Source: Sedimentisphaerales bacterium (GTDB lineage Bacteria; Planctomycetota; Phycisphaerae; Sedimentisphaerales; Anaerobacaceae). From it: 64,000 nt of DNA. The position numbers and the translations under genes are program-made. The notes under the pieces are model-generated. The model saw nothing but the letters and a program-made list of their open reading frames with translations. It was not told the origin of the DNA and ran no database searches. Positions 18,766 to 28,494 of the stretch are shown here, piece by piece. The stretch is from assembly GCA_963708075.1 (NCBI GenBank), contig OY970194.1, forward strand, positions 2,336,001 to 2,400,000. The letters are read 5' to 3'. Numbering within the stretch: the stretch's first letter is position 1; every line of letters begins with the position of its first letter.

Positions 18766-19705
18766 AGGTAAGGGGGTTTTCACAGCGACCGTCCTTTCGA
18801 ACCGGCGGATCGGCGAGTGCTTCTACACAATGGACCTTGAGTTCGCCGGCGCAGGGGCAAGAGCATTCGCGGGATTCCGTGCCGGGCAGTTTCTGCAGGT
18901 CGATGTCTCGACGCTTGCCCTGCCGCCGGAGGACAAGATCCCCCCGGAGTTGCGCGATATCTGCCGACGAAGCGTCCTGCTTCGCCGGCCCTTCAGCTTC
19001 GCCGATGTCACAGTCACGGGGGGCAAGACGACCACCGAGCTTCTCTACTGTGCACTCGGACCTGCGTCGCTGCGAATGACCACATTGACCCCCGGCGACC
19101 CGCTCAACATCGTGGGGCCGTTGGGCAACGGATTCCGAGTGCCGAAAGAGAAACGCACCGCCCTGCTCGTCGTCGGCGGCATGGGCGCCCCGCCGATACG
19201 ATGTCTCGCGAAGTCCCTCAAAGTCGAGCGTCCCGACGTGGACATAGTCACGTTCGTCGGCGCCAAGAGCGCCGCAGCGATACCCTTCGAGGGTGACTTC
19301 GCCCAGGTCTCGCAGAAGGTGGACCTGCTCATCCCGGCATTCGCGAAGCTCGGCATCCCATCCGCTATAACAACCGACGACGGCTCGGCAGGCTATCAGG
19401 GCTTCGTCACGGATCGTCTCGCTCTGTGGCTGAACGAGCACGCCGCCCTGTCGCTTGAACAAATGATCATCTGCGCCTGCGGCCCGGAGCCAATGCTAGC
19501 CGCCGTCGCCCGGCTTGCGAGTGAACGGAATATCGACTGCCAGGTGAGTATGGAGCGGCGGATGGCCTGCGGCATCGGCGTCTGCCAAAGCTGCGCCGTG
19601 GAATGCCGCGTCGAAGGCTCGAACGAAACCGTTTACAAGCTCTGCTGCCAGGACGGCCCCGTCTTCGACGCCCGGACCGTCATTTTCGGCGAGAGCGGTC
19701 GTTAG
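18719..19705 (+). CDS. pyrK: dihydroorotate dehydrogenase electron transfer subunit
   Basis: LLRRPFS, GPLGNGF, VGGGMG, ACGPEPM, ERRMACGIGVCQSC...CQDGPVF; adjacent to pyrD. Confidence 0.9.
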   Translation: MGIPMKSSIINHQSSIGKGVFTATVLSNRRIGECFYTMDLEFAGAGARAFAGFRAGQFLQVDVSTLALPPEDKIPPELRDICRRSVLLRRPFSFADVTVTGGKTTTELLYCALGPASLRMTTLTPGDPLNIVGPLGNGFRVPKEKRTALLVVGGMGAPPIRCLAKSLKVERPDVDIVTFVGAKSAAAIPFEGDFAQVSQKVDLLIPAFAKLGIPSAITTDDGSAGYQGFVTDRLALWLNEHAALSLEQMIICACGPEPMLAAVARLASERNIDCQVSMERRMACGIGVCQSCAVECRVEGSNETVYKLCCQDGPVFDARTVIFGESGR

Positions 19706-19770
19706 GTCCCTTTGGTCCCTGAGGTCCTTTCGAAACCAAAGGACGAAAACGGCACAAAGGACCTGAGGGC
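19703..19770. repeat. inverted 9-mer repeat arrays (xxGGTCCCT)n ... (AAAGGACxx)n
   Basis: TAGGTCCCT TTGGTCCCT GAGGTCCTT ... AAAGGACGA ... AAAGGACCT GAGGGCC. Confidence 0.7.
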
Positions 19771-19822
19771 CGGAGGCAGTTTACTATTTCAGGTTTTCTC
19801 TCAATGTGGTAGTTAATGAGGC

Positions 19823-20768
19823 GTGACGCCTGAGAAGATTGACATTTCGGTGGATTTTGCGGGGCTTCGGCTGGCGAATCCGGTGTTCACGGCATCGGGG
19901 ACGTGCGGCTATGCCGATGAGCTGGGTGATTTCATGGATGTCAATGCTCTCGGCGGATTCATCACCAAGAGCATCACGCTCAAGCCCCGAAAAGGCAACC
20001 CAACGCCCCGGATCGTCGAGAACCGACGCAGGCATGCTCAACGCCATCGGCCTGGCCAACGTGGGACTGGATCGGTTCATCGAGGAGAAGCTGCCGATCA
20101 TCGCAAAGATGTCGGTGCCGGTGTTCGTCAACGTTGCCGGCGAGTTGATTGACGACTACGTCGCGGTCACTGAGCGGCTGGCTCGGGAGGATGCAATCGC
20201 CGGCTTTGAGCTGAACATCAGTTGTCCCAACGTGGCCAAGGGCGGCATCAGCTTCGGCCGGGACCCCTACCAGGTGAGCGACATCACGTCGGCTGTCCGC
20301 AAGGCCGCAGGCGACAAAGTGCTCATTGTCAAGCTCTCGCCCAATGTGACGGATATCAGTACGATCGCCTGCGCGGCGGCCGAGGCCGGCGCGGACGCCC
20401 TGAGCCTCGTCAACACCTTCACGGCGATGGTCATCGACATCGAGACGCGCAGGCCCGCACTAGCCAACCGCACGGGCGGCCTGTCCGGTCCGGCCATCAA
20501 GCCCATCGCGGTCTATCTCGTGAACAGAGTCTATGGCGACGTGGCCAAGGCGGCGGGAATCCCGATCCTCGGGCTCGGCGGAATCCGCACCGCGGCCGAC
20601 GCCATCGAGTTCATCATCGCCGGCGCATCGGCCGTGGCCGTCGGCACCGCGAGCTTCATCCAGCCCGACTGCGCCACGCGAATCGTGGACGGCATCAGAG
20701 ACTATTGCGCCAGGCACAACGTCACAAGGTTATCCGACCTAGTCGGCTCGCTCTCCACCAAATCGTAA
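19823..20768 (+). CDS. pyrD: dihydroorotate dehydrogenase family 1B catalytic subunit, frameshifted by one extra A near 20021
   Basis: NPVFTASGTCG, KSITLKPRKGNPTPRIVE | TDAGMLNAIGLAN, ELNISCPN, KLSPN and GGLSGPAIKP. Confidence 0.9.
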
Positions 20769-20790
20769 ATCGTAAATGGTAAATCGTAGA
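20760..20790. repeat. 7-mer tandem repeat (AAATCGT)x4
   Basis: AAATCGT AAATCGT AAATGGT AAATCGT, containing the pyrD stop TAA. Confidence 0.85.
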
Positions 20791-20806
20791 TGTGAAGGGG
20801 CAAGGC

Positions 20807-22294
20807 ATGGAACGCCGTGATTTTCTAAAAGCCACCGGCTGTGGAGCGGCCGCCCTGCTGTCCGGCTGCGTGGCAGTCCCTGAGAAGAAAAAGAAGAAGC
20901 CCGTCGCCCGCACGGAGCGGCCGAACATCCTGTGGCTGATCTCCGAGGATACCTGCCCGGACATGGCCTGCTACGGCAACACGCTGGTCAAGACGCCGAA
21001 CATCGACCGGCTCGCCGCCGAGGGCACCCGATTCACCAATGCCTTCGTCACCGCCCCGGTGTGCTCGGCCTCCAGATCCGCCATCATGACAGGCATGTAC
21101 CAAACGACCATCGACGCACACAACCATCGCAGCCATCAAGACGACGGATACAGGCTTCCCCCGCCGGTAACAATCATCACCAGTATTCTCCGGCGTGCGG
21201 GGTACTTCACGTCGAACTGCGCCGGCCTGAGCTACAAGAAGCCGGGCAAGACCGACTGGAACTTCACGCCGAATGTCAAGGCCTTCGACGGCACGGACTG
21301 GTCGCAGCGCAGACGCGGACAGCCGTTCTTTGCCCAGATCAACTTCAGTATGACCCACCGGGATTTCCGGCGGGACAAGAGTAATCCTGTCGATCCCGCG
21401 AAAGTCGAGCTGCCGCCCTACTACCCGGATCATCCTGTCGCCCGGCGGGACTGGGCCGATTACCTTGAATCGATCCAGATCCTCGACAGCGAGATCGGTG
21501 TGGCGTTGCAGTGGCTGGAGAAGGAAGGGGCGGCGAACAATACGATCGTGATGTACTTCGGGGACAACGGCCGGCCCCACGTCCGGGACAAGCAATGGCT
21601 CTATGAAGGCGGCATCCGCATCCCTATGATCATTCGCTGGCCCGGACATCTTGAGCCTGGGACGGTCTTCGAGGACCTCATCAGCAGCGTCGATTTCGCC
21701 CCGACGTTCCTCTCCATGGTGGGGATCGAGCCGCCGAAGCATCTGCAGGGGCACGTCGTCCTCGGCCCTGAAAAGCAGACTCGCAAGTACATCATAGCCG
21801 CCCGGGACCGCTGTGACGGGACGGTCGATCGCATCCGCTGTGTGCGATCGCAGCAATACAAGTATATCCGCAACTATTATCCAGACCAGCCTTATACACA
21901 ATTCAACGCCTACAAGAAGCTTCAGTACCCCGTGCTCACGGTGATGCAGGTCCTGCACACACAAGGCAAGCTCACGCCGGACCAGGCGAAGTTCATGGCA
22001 GCGAGCCGGCCCAAAGAAGAGTTGTATGACCTGCATACGGACCCCCACGAGCTGCACAACCTCGCCGGCGAGCCGAAACTCCGGAGGATCCTGCGAGAGC
22101 ACAGCGCGAAACTCGATGAGTGGATCAAGGCGACCGCCGACAAGGGCGAGACTCCCGAAGACCCACAAGTGGTTGCGTACTGGCAGGATGACATGATGAA
22201 ATCGTACAAGCAGCAGATGGAAGAGCGAGGTCTTTCGCCGGAGGTGTCGGACGAGGATTATCTCAAGTGGTGGGAGCAGAGGCTGCTGGGCTGA
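20807..22294 (+). CDS. Tat-exported Cys-type (formylglycine) sulfatase
   Basis: RRDFLK Tat motif; RPNILWLISED; CSASRSAIMTG; GDNG. Confidence 0.92.
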   Translation: MERRDFLKATGCGAAALLSGCVAVPEKKKKKPVARTERPNILWLISEDTCPDMACYGNTLVKTPNIDRLAAEGTRFTNAFVTAPVCSASRSAIMTGMYQTTIDAHNHRSHQDDGYRLPPPVTIITSILRRAGYFTSNCAGLSYKKPGKTDWNFTPNVKAFDGTDWSQRRRGQPFFAQINFSMTHRDFRRDKSNPVDPAKVELPPYYPDHPVARRDWADYLESIQILDSEIGVALQWLEKEGAANNTIVMYFGDNGRPHVRDKQWLYEGGIRIPMIIRWPGHLEPGTVFEDLISSVDFAPTFLSMVGIEPPKHLQGHVVLGPEKQTRKYIIAARDRCDGTVDRIRCVRSQQYKYIRNYYPDQPYTQFNAYKKLQYPVLTVMQVLHTQGKLTPDQAKFMAASRPKEELYDLHTDPHELHNLAGEPKLRRILREHSAKLDEWIKATADKGETPEDPQVVAYWQDDMMKSYKQQMEERGLSPEVSDEDYLKWWEQRLLG

Positions 22295-22327
22295 GCCATC
22301 GACAAACGAATACCGCCGGAGGTGACG

Positions 22328-23482
22328 ATGAACCTGGGCACATTCACCAAGATAAGTGTTATCGTTCTATCTCTGCTCCTGCCGAGCCTGCCGGCCTGTG
22401 ACGCAGAAGCAGCGACACCTGAACGCATGACATACGTGCAGGCGAAAGAGAGGATTCCTGACAGGTCGTTACCGGACTTCTGGATTGGCGATGTGAAGGA
22501 CCTGCCGCAACGTTTCGAGCGCCTCGCGCGGGGAAAAATGACGGTTCCCGCCGTCACGCCGGGCGGCAGGCCAATCCATTTGGTCGCTTACGGCGACAGG
22601 GAGAATGTCGTCCATCACGCGAACTTCAACTCCGCCATCGGCGGCCAGGAGCCCGCCGCTTACATGAACAAAGCGGCACGGAAAAAGCCTGCGGTCTTTT
22701 TCATCGGCCCCGTGCACGGGCACGAGGTGGAAGGTCTCACGGGATTGGTCAACCTGATTCATATCATGGAGACGGGCAAGGACCTTCTCGGCAGAAGCCA
22801 GGAGAGGCTCCGGCAACTCGGCGATCAATGCCGGCTCCTGATCGTCCCGGCGGGCAACCCGGACGGGACCGCGCGCTTCGAGCCGCGGATGCTGCACGGG
22901 ATGGAGTCCATCGACTTGCGCTTCTGGGGCCAGGGGACGTGGAAAGACGACACGATGTGCGACTGGCCCGCCTGCAAGCGCCGGCATCCGATGACCGGCG
23001 ACAACGTCGGCTTCCTCGGCTGCTATTTCAACAACATCGGCATCAACCCGATGCACGATGAGTTCTTCTCGCCGATGGGCCCTGAGGCCCCCGCCGTGCT
23101 GAAAATCGCCCGGGAGGAAGGGCCCGATCTGATCGTATCGTTGCATAGCCACGAATCCAAGCCCGCCCTCCTGCGCCCCGCGTATCTTCCTGCCGAGGTT
23201 CAGCAGGACATTCAGTCGCTGGCTCGCGAGTGTTACACGCTCATGAGCAGACGCAACCTGCCTCATGACGAGCCCTTCAAGGTCAGTCTCGAGAGCGGCA
23301 AGAACCCGAGTTCATTCAATCTGACGAGCGCCCTGTACCACGTGAGCGGGGCCGGCTCATTCACCTTCGAATGTCCGCACGGCATCCGCGGCGCTTGCCA
23401 GGTTACACCCGAGCAGATTCTCGATATACAACTGACGCTCTATGAGGCAATGCTGCAACATGAGATCAACAAGAAGAGCTGA
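22328..23482 (+). CDS. secreted M14-family zinc carboxypeptidase/deacylase
   Basis: HGHE, NPDG, SLHSH and TFECP motifs; signal peptide. Confidence 0.75.
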   Translation: MNLGTFTKISVIVLSLLLPSLPACDAEAATPERMTYVQAKERIPDRSLPDFWIGDVKDLPQRFERLARGKMTVPAVTPGGRPIHLVAYGDRENVVHHANFNSAIGGQEPAAYMNKAARKKPAVFFIGPVHGHEVEGLTGLVNLIHIMETGKDLLGRSQERLRQLGDQCRLLIVPAGNPDGTARFEPRMLHGMESIDLRFWGQGTWKDDTMCDWPACKRRHPMTGDNVGFLGCYFNNIGINPMHDEFFSPMGPEAPAVLKIAREEGPDLIVSLHSHESKPALLRPAYLPAEVQQDIQSLARECYTLMSRRNLPHDEPFKVSLESGKNPSSFNLTSALYHVSGAGSFTFECPHGIRGACQVTPEQILDIQLTLYEAMLQHEINKKS

Positions 23483-25892
23483 CGACTCTCCGTCAACGAT
23501 CGCACCGGGCTTTTTCATGACCGCTATCCTGCTTTCCGTATCGCTCGCATGCTCAGCCGGTGACGATGCGCCGAAGCTCGATGAGCGGCCCGCCCAGCCG
23601 GGGGAATGGGGCTACCGGCCTGATGACGGAGCGATATCACAGACGGACCCGCCGAGCTTCAGTTGGCGACCGCAGCAAGGCCTGACCTGGGAGATCGAGT
23701 GTGCCCGCGAACCGGACTTCGCCACGATTATCTACAGGGCTGCGGATATCAAGTTCAATGTGCATTGTCCGTCGAGAGCCTTTGAGCCGGGCAGTTATGT
23801 GTGGCGCTATCGGGGCAGGAACAAGGACGGCCAATATACTCCCTGGAGCCAGGTGCGGAGCTTTCGCATTGCCGATGACGCCGTGCAGATGCCTCTGCCC
23901 GCTCGTGACGAGCTGATCGCCCGGATCCCCAAGAGCCATCCACGTCTGTTCCTGCGGCCCGAGAATCTGGACCGGCTGCGGGAGCTGGCACGCGGCGAAC
24001 TGAAGAGCCAGTACCAGGACCTTGTGAGAGAGTGTGACAGGATCCTGGCGAATCCACCGTCGACGAAGGAGCCGCCGAAGTATCCGCCGGGCATGGAGAC
24101 CAAGAGCGAGCAGTGGCGTGAGATCTGGTGGGGCAATCGCGAATACACGATCAAGACCTTGAACAGTGCCGCCACGCTCGCCTTCACTCGTCTGCTCGGC
24201 GGCCAGGACAAGTACGGCCAGGAGGCCAAGCGCATTCTGCTCGAATGCGCCACGTGGGACCCGAAAGGCAGCACCGGCTATCGCTACAACGACGAAGCCG
24301 GAATGCCCTACAACTACCTCTTTTCACGAACCTACACGTTCGTCAACGACCTGCTGACGGAGGAGGAGAAGGACATCTGCCGCAAGGTGATGAAGATTCG
24401 CGGCGACGAGATGTACAACCACCTGTGCCCGCGGCATCTGTGGCAACCCTATGCGAGTCATTCCAATCGGGCCTGGCACAAGCTGGGCGAGATCGGCATC
24501 GCTTTTCTCGGCGAGGTCGAGGGGGCGGAGGACTGGGTCTGGTTCGCGACGAACGTCTTTTTCAACGTGTACCCGGTCTGGAGCGACGAGGATGGCGGCT
24601 GGCACGAGGGCTCCTCGTACTGGATGGGCTATCTATCGAAATTCACCTGGTGGGCCGATGTCATGCGTGAAGCGATGGGCATCGACGCGTATAAGAAGCC
24701 CTTCTTCTCGAAGGTCGGCTACTACGCGATGTACCTGATGCCGCCCGGCAAAGAGGACGGCGGGTTCGGCGACCTGGCCGCGGGAAAGACCGCGAAGTCT
24801 ACCGTCCCACTGATGAGTGTCTTCGCTGCCCAAGCCCAGAATCCGCACTGGCAATGGTATGTGGAACAGCTCGGCGGCCCGGTCTCCACCGGCGGTTACA
24901 TCGGTTTCATTCGCGGCCAGTTGTCGAAGGTCACAGCCAAAGCCCCTGACGATCTGCCCGCCTCACGCCTTTTCGAAGGCACCGGACAGGCGTACCTCAA
25001 CAGCCAGATCAAAGACGCGACGCAAAGCGTGCAGGTGGTTCTCAAAGCGAGTCCCTTCGGGACGCAATCACACGGCTACGAGTCGAACAACTCCTTCCTG
25101 CTCTGGGCTTATGGCAAGCGTCTGCTGATCTACTCCGGCTATCGCGACATCTACGGCAGCGAGCATCACACGAACTGGATGTGGACCACGCGATCAACCA
25201 ATTGCATCACCGTCAATGGCAAAGGCCAGAAGAAGCACACTGTCCAGGCTCAGGGCAAAATCACGGCCTTCCTCACAACGCCGCAGATCGACGCCGTTGT
25301 CGGCGATGCCGGCGAATCCTACGAGCCGCCCGTCGAGCAATTCAAGCGAGCCATCCTCTTCATCAAACCCGACCTGGTAATCATCTACGACCGCCTGAGA
25401 ACAAGCGAACCGTCCACCTTCGAATACTGGCTCCACGCTGTCAACAAGTTCGACATCCGTGACCAGCAGAATATCGTCACGCAAAACGGCGATGTCGCCT
25501 GTGACATTGCCTTCCTCACGCCGCAAAACCTCACCTTCACCCAAACCAACGAATACGACCCCAACCCCCGCCCCCGCATCAAGCTCCGCGAGTGGCATTT
25601 GACAGCCAAGACCGGACAGCCGCAGCAACAAATGGAATTCGTCACAGTCTACTGGCCGCATAAGGCGCACAATGAGATTGAACGACAAGCGACTCTGCGG
25701 CCTGTCCCCGGCGGTTACGTGCTGAGCGTTACACCGATGGACAGAGGACGGCTTACGGCCCTGCTCCCGACCGATGAACGTGCCGTACTTGCATCACACG
25801 ACATGGAGACCACAGGTGCTATCAAGGTCCGGCTTGAGCAACCGGAGCAGGCCTCGCAGATCGTCGAACTGCGGGAACCCAACCAGCGTTGA
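23460..25892 (+). CDS. DUF4962 / heparinase II/III-like polysaccharide lyase
   Basis: PPSFSW, HPRLF, SH..R, DGGWHEGSSYW, FGD and SHG..NNSF motifs; start position uncertain. Confidence 0.78.
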   Translation: MRSTRRADDSPSTIAPGFFMTAILLSVSLACSAGDDAPKLDERPAQPGEWGYRPDDGAISQTDPPSFSWRPQQGLTWEIECAREPDFATIIYRAADIKFNVHCPSRAFEPGSYVWRYRGRNKDGQYTPWSQVRSFRIADDAVQMPLPARDELIARIPKSHPRLFLRPENLDRLRELARGELKSQYQDLVRECDRILANPPSTKEPPKYPPGMETKSEQWREIWWGNREYTIKTLNSAATLAFTRLLGGQDKYGQEAKRILLECATWDPKGSTGYRYNDEAGMPYNYLFSRTYTFVNDLLTEEEKDICRKVMKIRGDEMYNHLCPRHLWQPYASHSNRAWHKLGEIGIAFLGEVEGAEDWVWFATNVFFNVYPVWSDEDGGWHEGSSYWMGYLSKFTWWADVMREAMGIDAYKKPFFSKVGYYAMYLMPPGKEDGGFGDLAAGKTAKSTVPLMSVFAAQAQNPHWQWYVEQLGGPVSTGGYIGFIRGQLSKVTAKAPDDLPASRLFEGTGQAYLNSQIKDATQSVQVVLKASPFGTQSHGYESNNSFLLWAYGKRLLIYSGYRDIYGSEHHTNWMWTTRSTNCITVNGKGQKKHTVQAQGKITAFLTTPQIDAVVGDAGESYEPPVEQFKRAILFIKPDLVIIYDRLRTSEPSTFEYWLHAVNKFDIRDQQNIVTQNGDVACDIAFLTPQNLTFTQTNEYDPNPRPRIKLREWHLTAKTGQPQQQMEFVTVYWPHKAHNEIERQATLRPVPGGYVLSVTPMDRGRLTALLPTDERAVLASHDMETTGAIKVRLEQPEQASQIVELREPNQR

Positions 25893-25906
25893 CCCGGGCC
25901 AGCTCT

Positions 25907-26467
25907 CTACGCCTTCAGCAGTTCTCTCGTCTGATGATATTCCGCTTCGATCAGGTCCCTGGCGGGTTGTATCAGTGCCGTCCAGTTGCTCTCCACTCGC
26001 CGGCGCAACCATTCTCTGCCTTCTGTGAAACCAAACTGACGGACGCGGAACACGTAATAGAGCCAATAGACAGGCTTCGTGATCTGCGACATCGCGTCCG
26101 CGTTCGAAAGACACACTTCCTCCGGCAGCCCACTGCCCATCTGTACCGGGGAGGCATGGGACATGATACACCTGGCCACCCGGTCAATCCGCTCGGATGG
26201 GTAGCCATGCTCCTGCAGTATCCCCCGTGCAATCTCGGCGCCCGCCATCGGATGCCTGGGCACGGTGCTGAAATCTCGAACTGCCGCGAGGTCGTGCAGG
26301 TAGGCCGCCAGTTCTACAATCTCGGCGTCGGCCCCGAGGGTCTTCGCCAGCAAACCGCCGTATTCCCGCACGACCAGCAAGTGCCGATCGAAGAACGCCG
26401 CCCCAAACGCATTCCTGCTGCTCTTACACTCACTGAACACATACTCTCTTACCACTTCTGTGATCAT
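25907..26467 (-). CDS. HD-domain phosphohydrolase
   Basis: H...AAYLHDL...H..AGA...SH...NADAMS; GGAG RBS. Confidence 0.8.
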   Translation of the reverse strand: MITEVVREYVFSECKSSRNAFGAAFFDRHLLVVREYGGLLAKTLGADAEIVELAAYLHDLAAVRDFSTVPRHPMAGAEIARGILQEHGYPSERIDRVARCIMSHASPVQMGSGLPEEVCLSNADAMSQITKPVYWLYYVFRVRQFGFTEGREWLRRRVESNWTALIQPARDLIEAEYHQTRELLKA

Positions 26468-26866
26468 CGTACTCCAACTCTCAACGACACCTGGCACCTC
26501 GCATGTGTCTCACGGCTCTGTACAGGAGAACACCAAGCAGCAGACCGATCAAGGCATTCCCAATGAAGGTGCACACGACAAGATCTATCTTCGCAGCGTC
26601 TGGATCTCCTTCGCCTACGGTGGAGATCATAGCACGAGGTGATGAATCAGGCAATAGGACCTCCGCCGGGAAATCCCGTCCCGCGGCCCCACGGGACTGA
26701 TTATTGCAGTTGATGTTCTGGGACAGTTGGGGTATTTTGGCGGAGTTGACGGGCAGGACGCCCGCGGGCGAGGAACAGGTGTTTGAGGTGATAGAGGCAA
26801 TGGTGGCCCGGATCACGGCAGATTCATCTTTGCATGCACACGGATCAGCGAACAGGAGATGACGCA

Positions 26867-28315
26867 ATGGCGAACGACATGGAGCAGGTCTACCAGGAGC
26901 GGTTGAAGCGGTACATCACGGCGATGCGGAACGAGAAGCCGGACATGATCCCGATCCGGCCGTTTGTCGCCGAGTTCACGGCCAGGTACGCCGGCTATAC
27001 GTGCCAGGATGTGGCCCACGATTATAACCGGGCCTTCGAAGCGGCCATCAAGACCGCTAAGGACTTCCAGTGGGACGCTGTCGTGCCGAACATGGTCTAT
27101 GTCTGGACGGGTCTGGCCCAAGCAGCGGGGCTTCGCTACTACGGCATCCCGGGCATCGGCATCCCGCACACAGTCGGGTTCAACTACATCGAGCCGCCTG
27201 AGGACAAGGCGTTCATGCAGCCGGACGAATACGACGCCCTGATCGACGACCCCACGGGCTTCCTCTACAACACCTGGCTGCCCCGCGTCTCGACGGAAGT
27301 CAGCAAGATCGGCGAGGGCTCGACCTATCGCAATAATCTGGCGTTGGTCAAGAGCGCGATGGCCATGCTGCAATACTTCTATGCCTTTGGGCCTCAGGTC
27401 GGCCGGCTGCGATCTGAGTGCGGCACGGCGTCCGCCATCGCGGGCATCTTCAAGGCCCCCTTCGACATCCTTGCCGATAAGCTGCGAGGGTACGTGGGCC
27501 TGACGATGGACATGCATACGCAGCCGAAGAAGGTGCTCAAGGCCTGCGAGGCGCTCATGCCGCACCTCGTCAACGTGGGCCTGACCACGGCGGACCCCTG
27601 CAAGCAGGTACCCATCGGCTATTGGATGCATCGCGGCTGCGTGCCGTTCGTCAATCCCAAGCAGTTCGAGTCCCACTACTGGCCCACACTCAAGCCCTGC
27701 ATCGAGGAGTTTTGGAAGAACGGCCACCAGACGCTCTTCTACGCCGAGGGTCGGTGGAAGTACCACTTCGACACGTTCCGCGAGCTGCCCGACCGCAGCA
27801 TCGTCTTCCACTGTGACCAAGACGACATCTTCGAGGTCCATTGCAAGCTGCACGACAAGTTCGCCATCAGCGGCGGCATCCCGAACGTCATGCTGAGCTG
27901 GGGCAAGCCCGAGGAGGTGCGCGAGTTCGTTCTGCGAGTCATCAAGGAAGTGGCGAAAGACGGCGGCTACATCATGGACGCCGGGGCGATCATGCAGGAC
28001 GACACCAACGTCGAGAACATGAAGGTGATGACGCAGGTCTGCCGCGAGCACGGGGTGTATGCGTCCGGCAGCTACAAGACACCCACGGATACGGCGCCTG
28101 CCGATCTGCCGTCGTCCGTCGAGTCCCGCAAGAAAGTCAAAGGCATGGCCGGCCGGAAGGCGCCAAAGGTGAAACCGGGCACGTGCTTCCCCTGGGAGCA
28201 GCGAGCGAAAGACCTGCCGCAAATCACCGGCGACAAGGACATGGTTCGCAACGTCTGGGAGAGCATCGACGCATTGGGCAACATGTACATCTGGCAGATG
28301 CTCTTGTCGTTCTAA
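26867..28315 (+). CDS. uroporphyrinogen decarboxylase-family protein (corrinoid methyltransferase MT-I-like)
   Basis: EKPDMIP, MQPDEYDALIDDP, APFDILADKLRG, YWPTLK, EG, ISGGIP, GKPEEVRE and DGGYIM. Confidence 0.8.
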   Translation: MANDMEQVYQERLKRYITAMRNEKPDMIPIRPFVAEFTARYAGYTCQDVAHDYNRAFEAAIKTAKDFQWDAVVPNMVYVWTGLAQAAGLRYYGIPGIGIPHTVGFNYIEPPEDKAFMQPDEYDALIDDPTGFLYNTWLPRVSTEVSKIGEGSTYRNNLALVKSAMAMLQYFYAFGPQVGRLRSECGTASAIAGIFKAPFDILADKLRGYVGLTMDMHTQPKKVLKACEALMPHLVNVGLTTADPCKQVPIGYWMHRGCVPFVNPKQFESHYWPTLKPCIEEFWKNGHQTLFYAEGRWKYHFDTFRELPDRSIVFHCDQDDIFEVHCKLHDKFAISGGIPNVMLSWGKPEEVREFVLRVIKEVAKDGGYIMDAGAIMQDDTNVENMKVMTQVCREHGVYASGSYKTPTDTAPADLPSSVESRKKVKGMAGRKAPKVKPGTCFPWEQRAKDLPQITGDKDMVRNVWESIDALGNMYIWQMLLSF

Positions 28316-28365
28316 TACGTGGCAATATGGATTTGCCTATGAGCCTCCGACAGAGAGAGCCAAAC

Positions 28366-28442
28366 TATGTCACCTCCGCGCAGGCGGGGGTCCAGGAACG
28401 CTCGGTGCGCGGGTGGATTCCCGCCTTCGCGGGAATGACATA
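28366..28442. repeat. palindromic GTCATTCCCGCGAAGGCGGGAATCCA-type repeat (inverted doublet)
   Basis: TATGTCACCTCCGCGCAGGCGGGGGTCCA ... TGGATTCCCGCCTTCGCGGGAATGACATA. Confidence 0.85.
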
Positions 28443-28494
28443 CGGGTAGCCTTGTCATGTTTCCTTCTACTGGAGGTTCGATGGAGATTGGCGA

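Noticed and set aside
19990..20030. Programmed ribosomal frameshifting in pyrD, kdsA or CotH
   Set aside because: No canonical slippery heptamer at the shift sites; three unrelated indels are better explained by assembly error.
26481..26630. 49-aa minus-strand ORF with a hydrophobic stretch upstream of the HD gene
   Set aside because: No clear RBS or recognisable family; it could be a remnant but cannot be supported.
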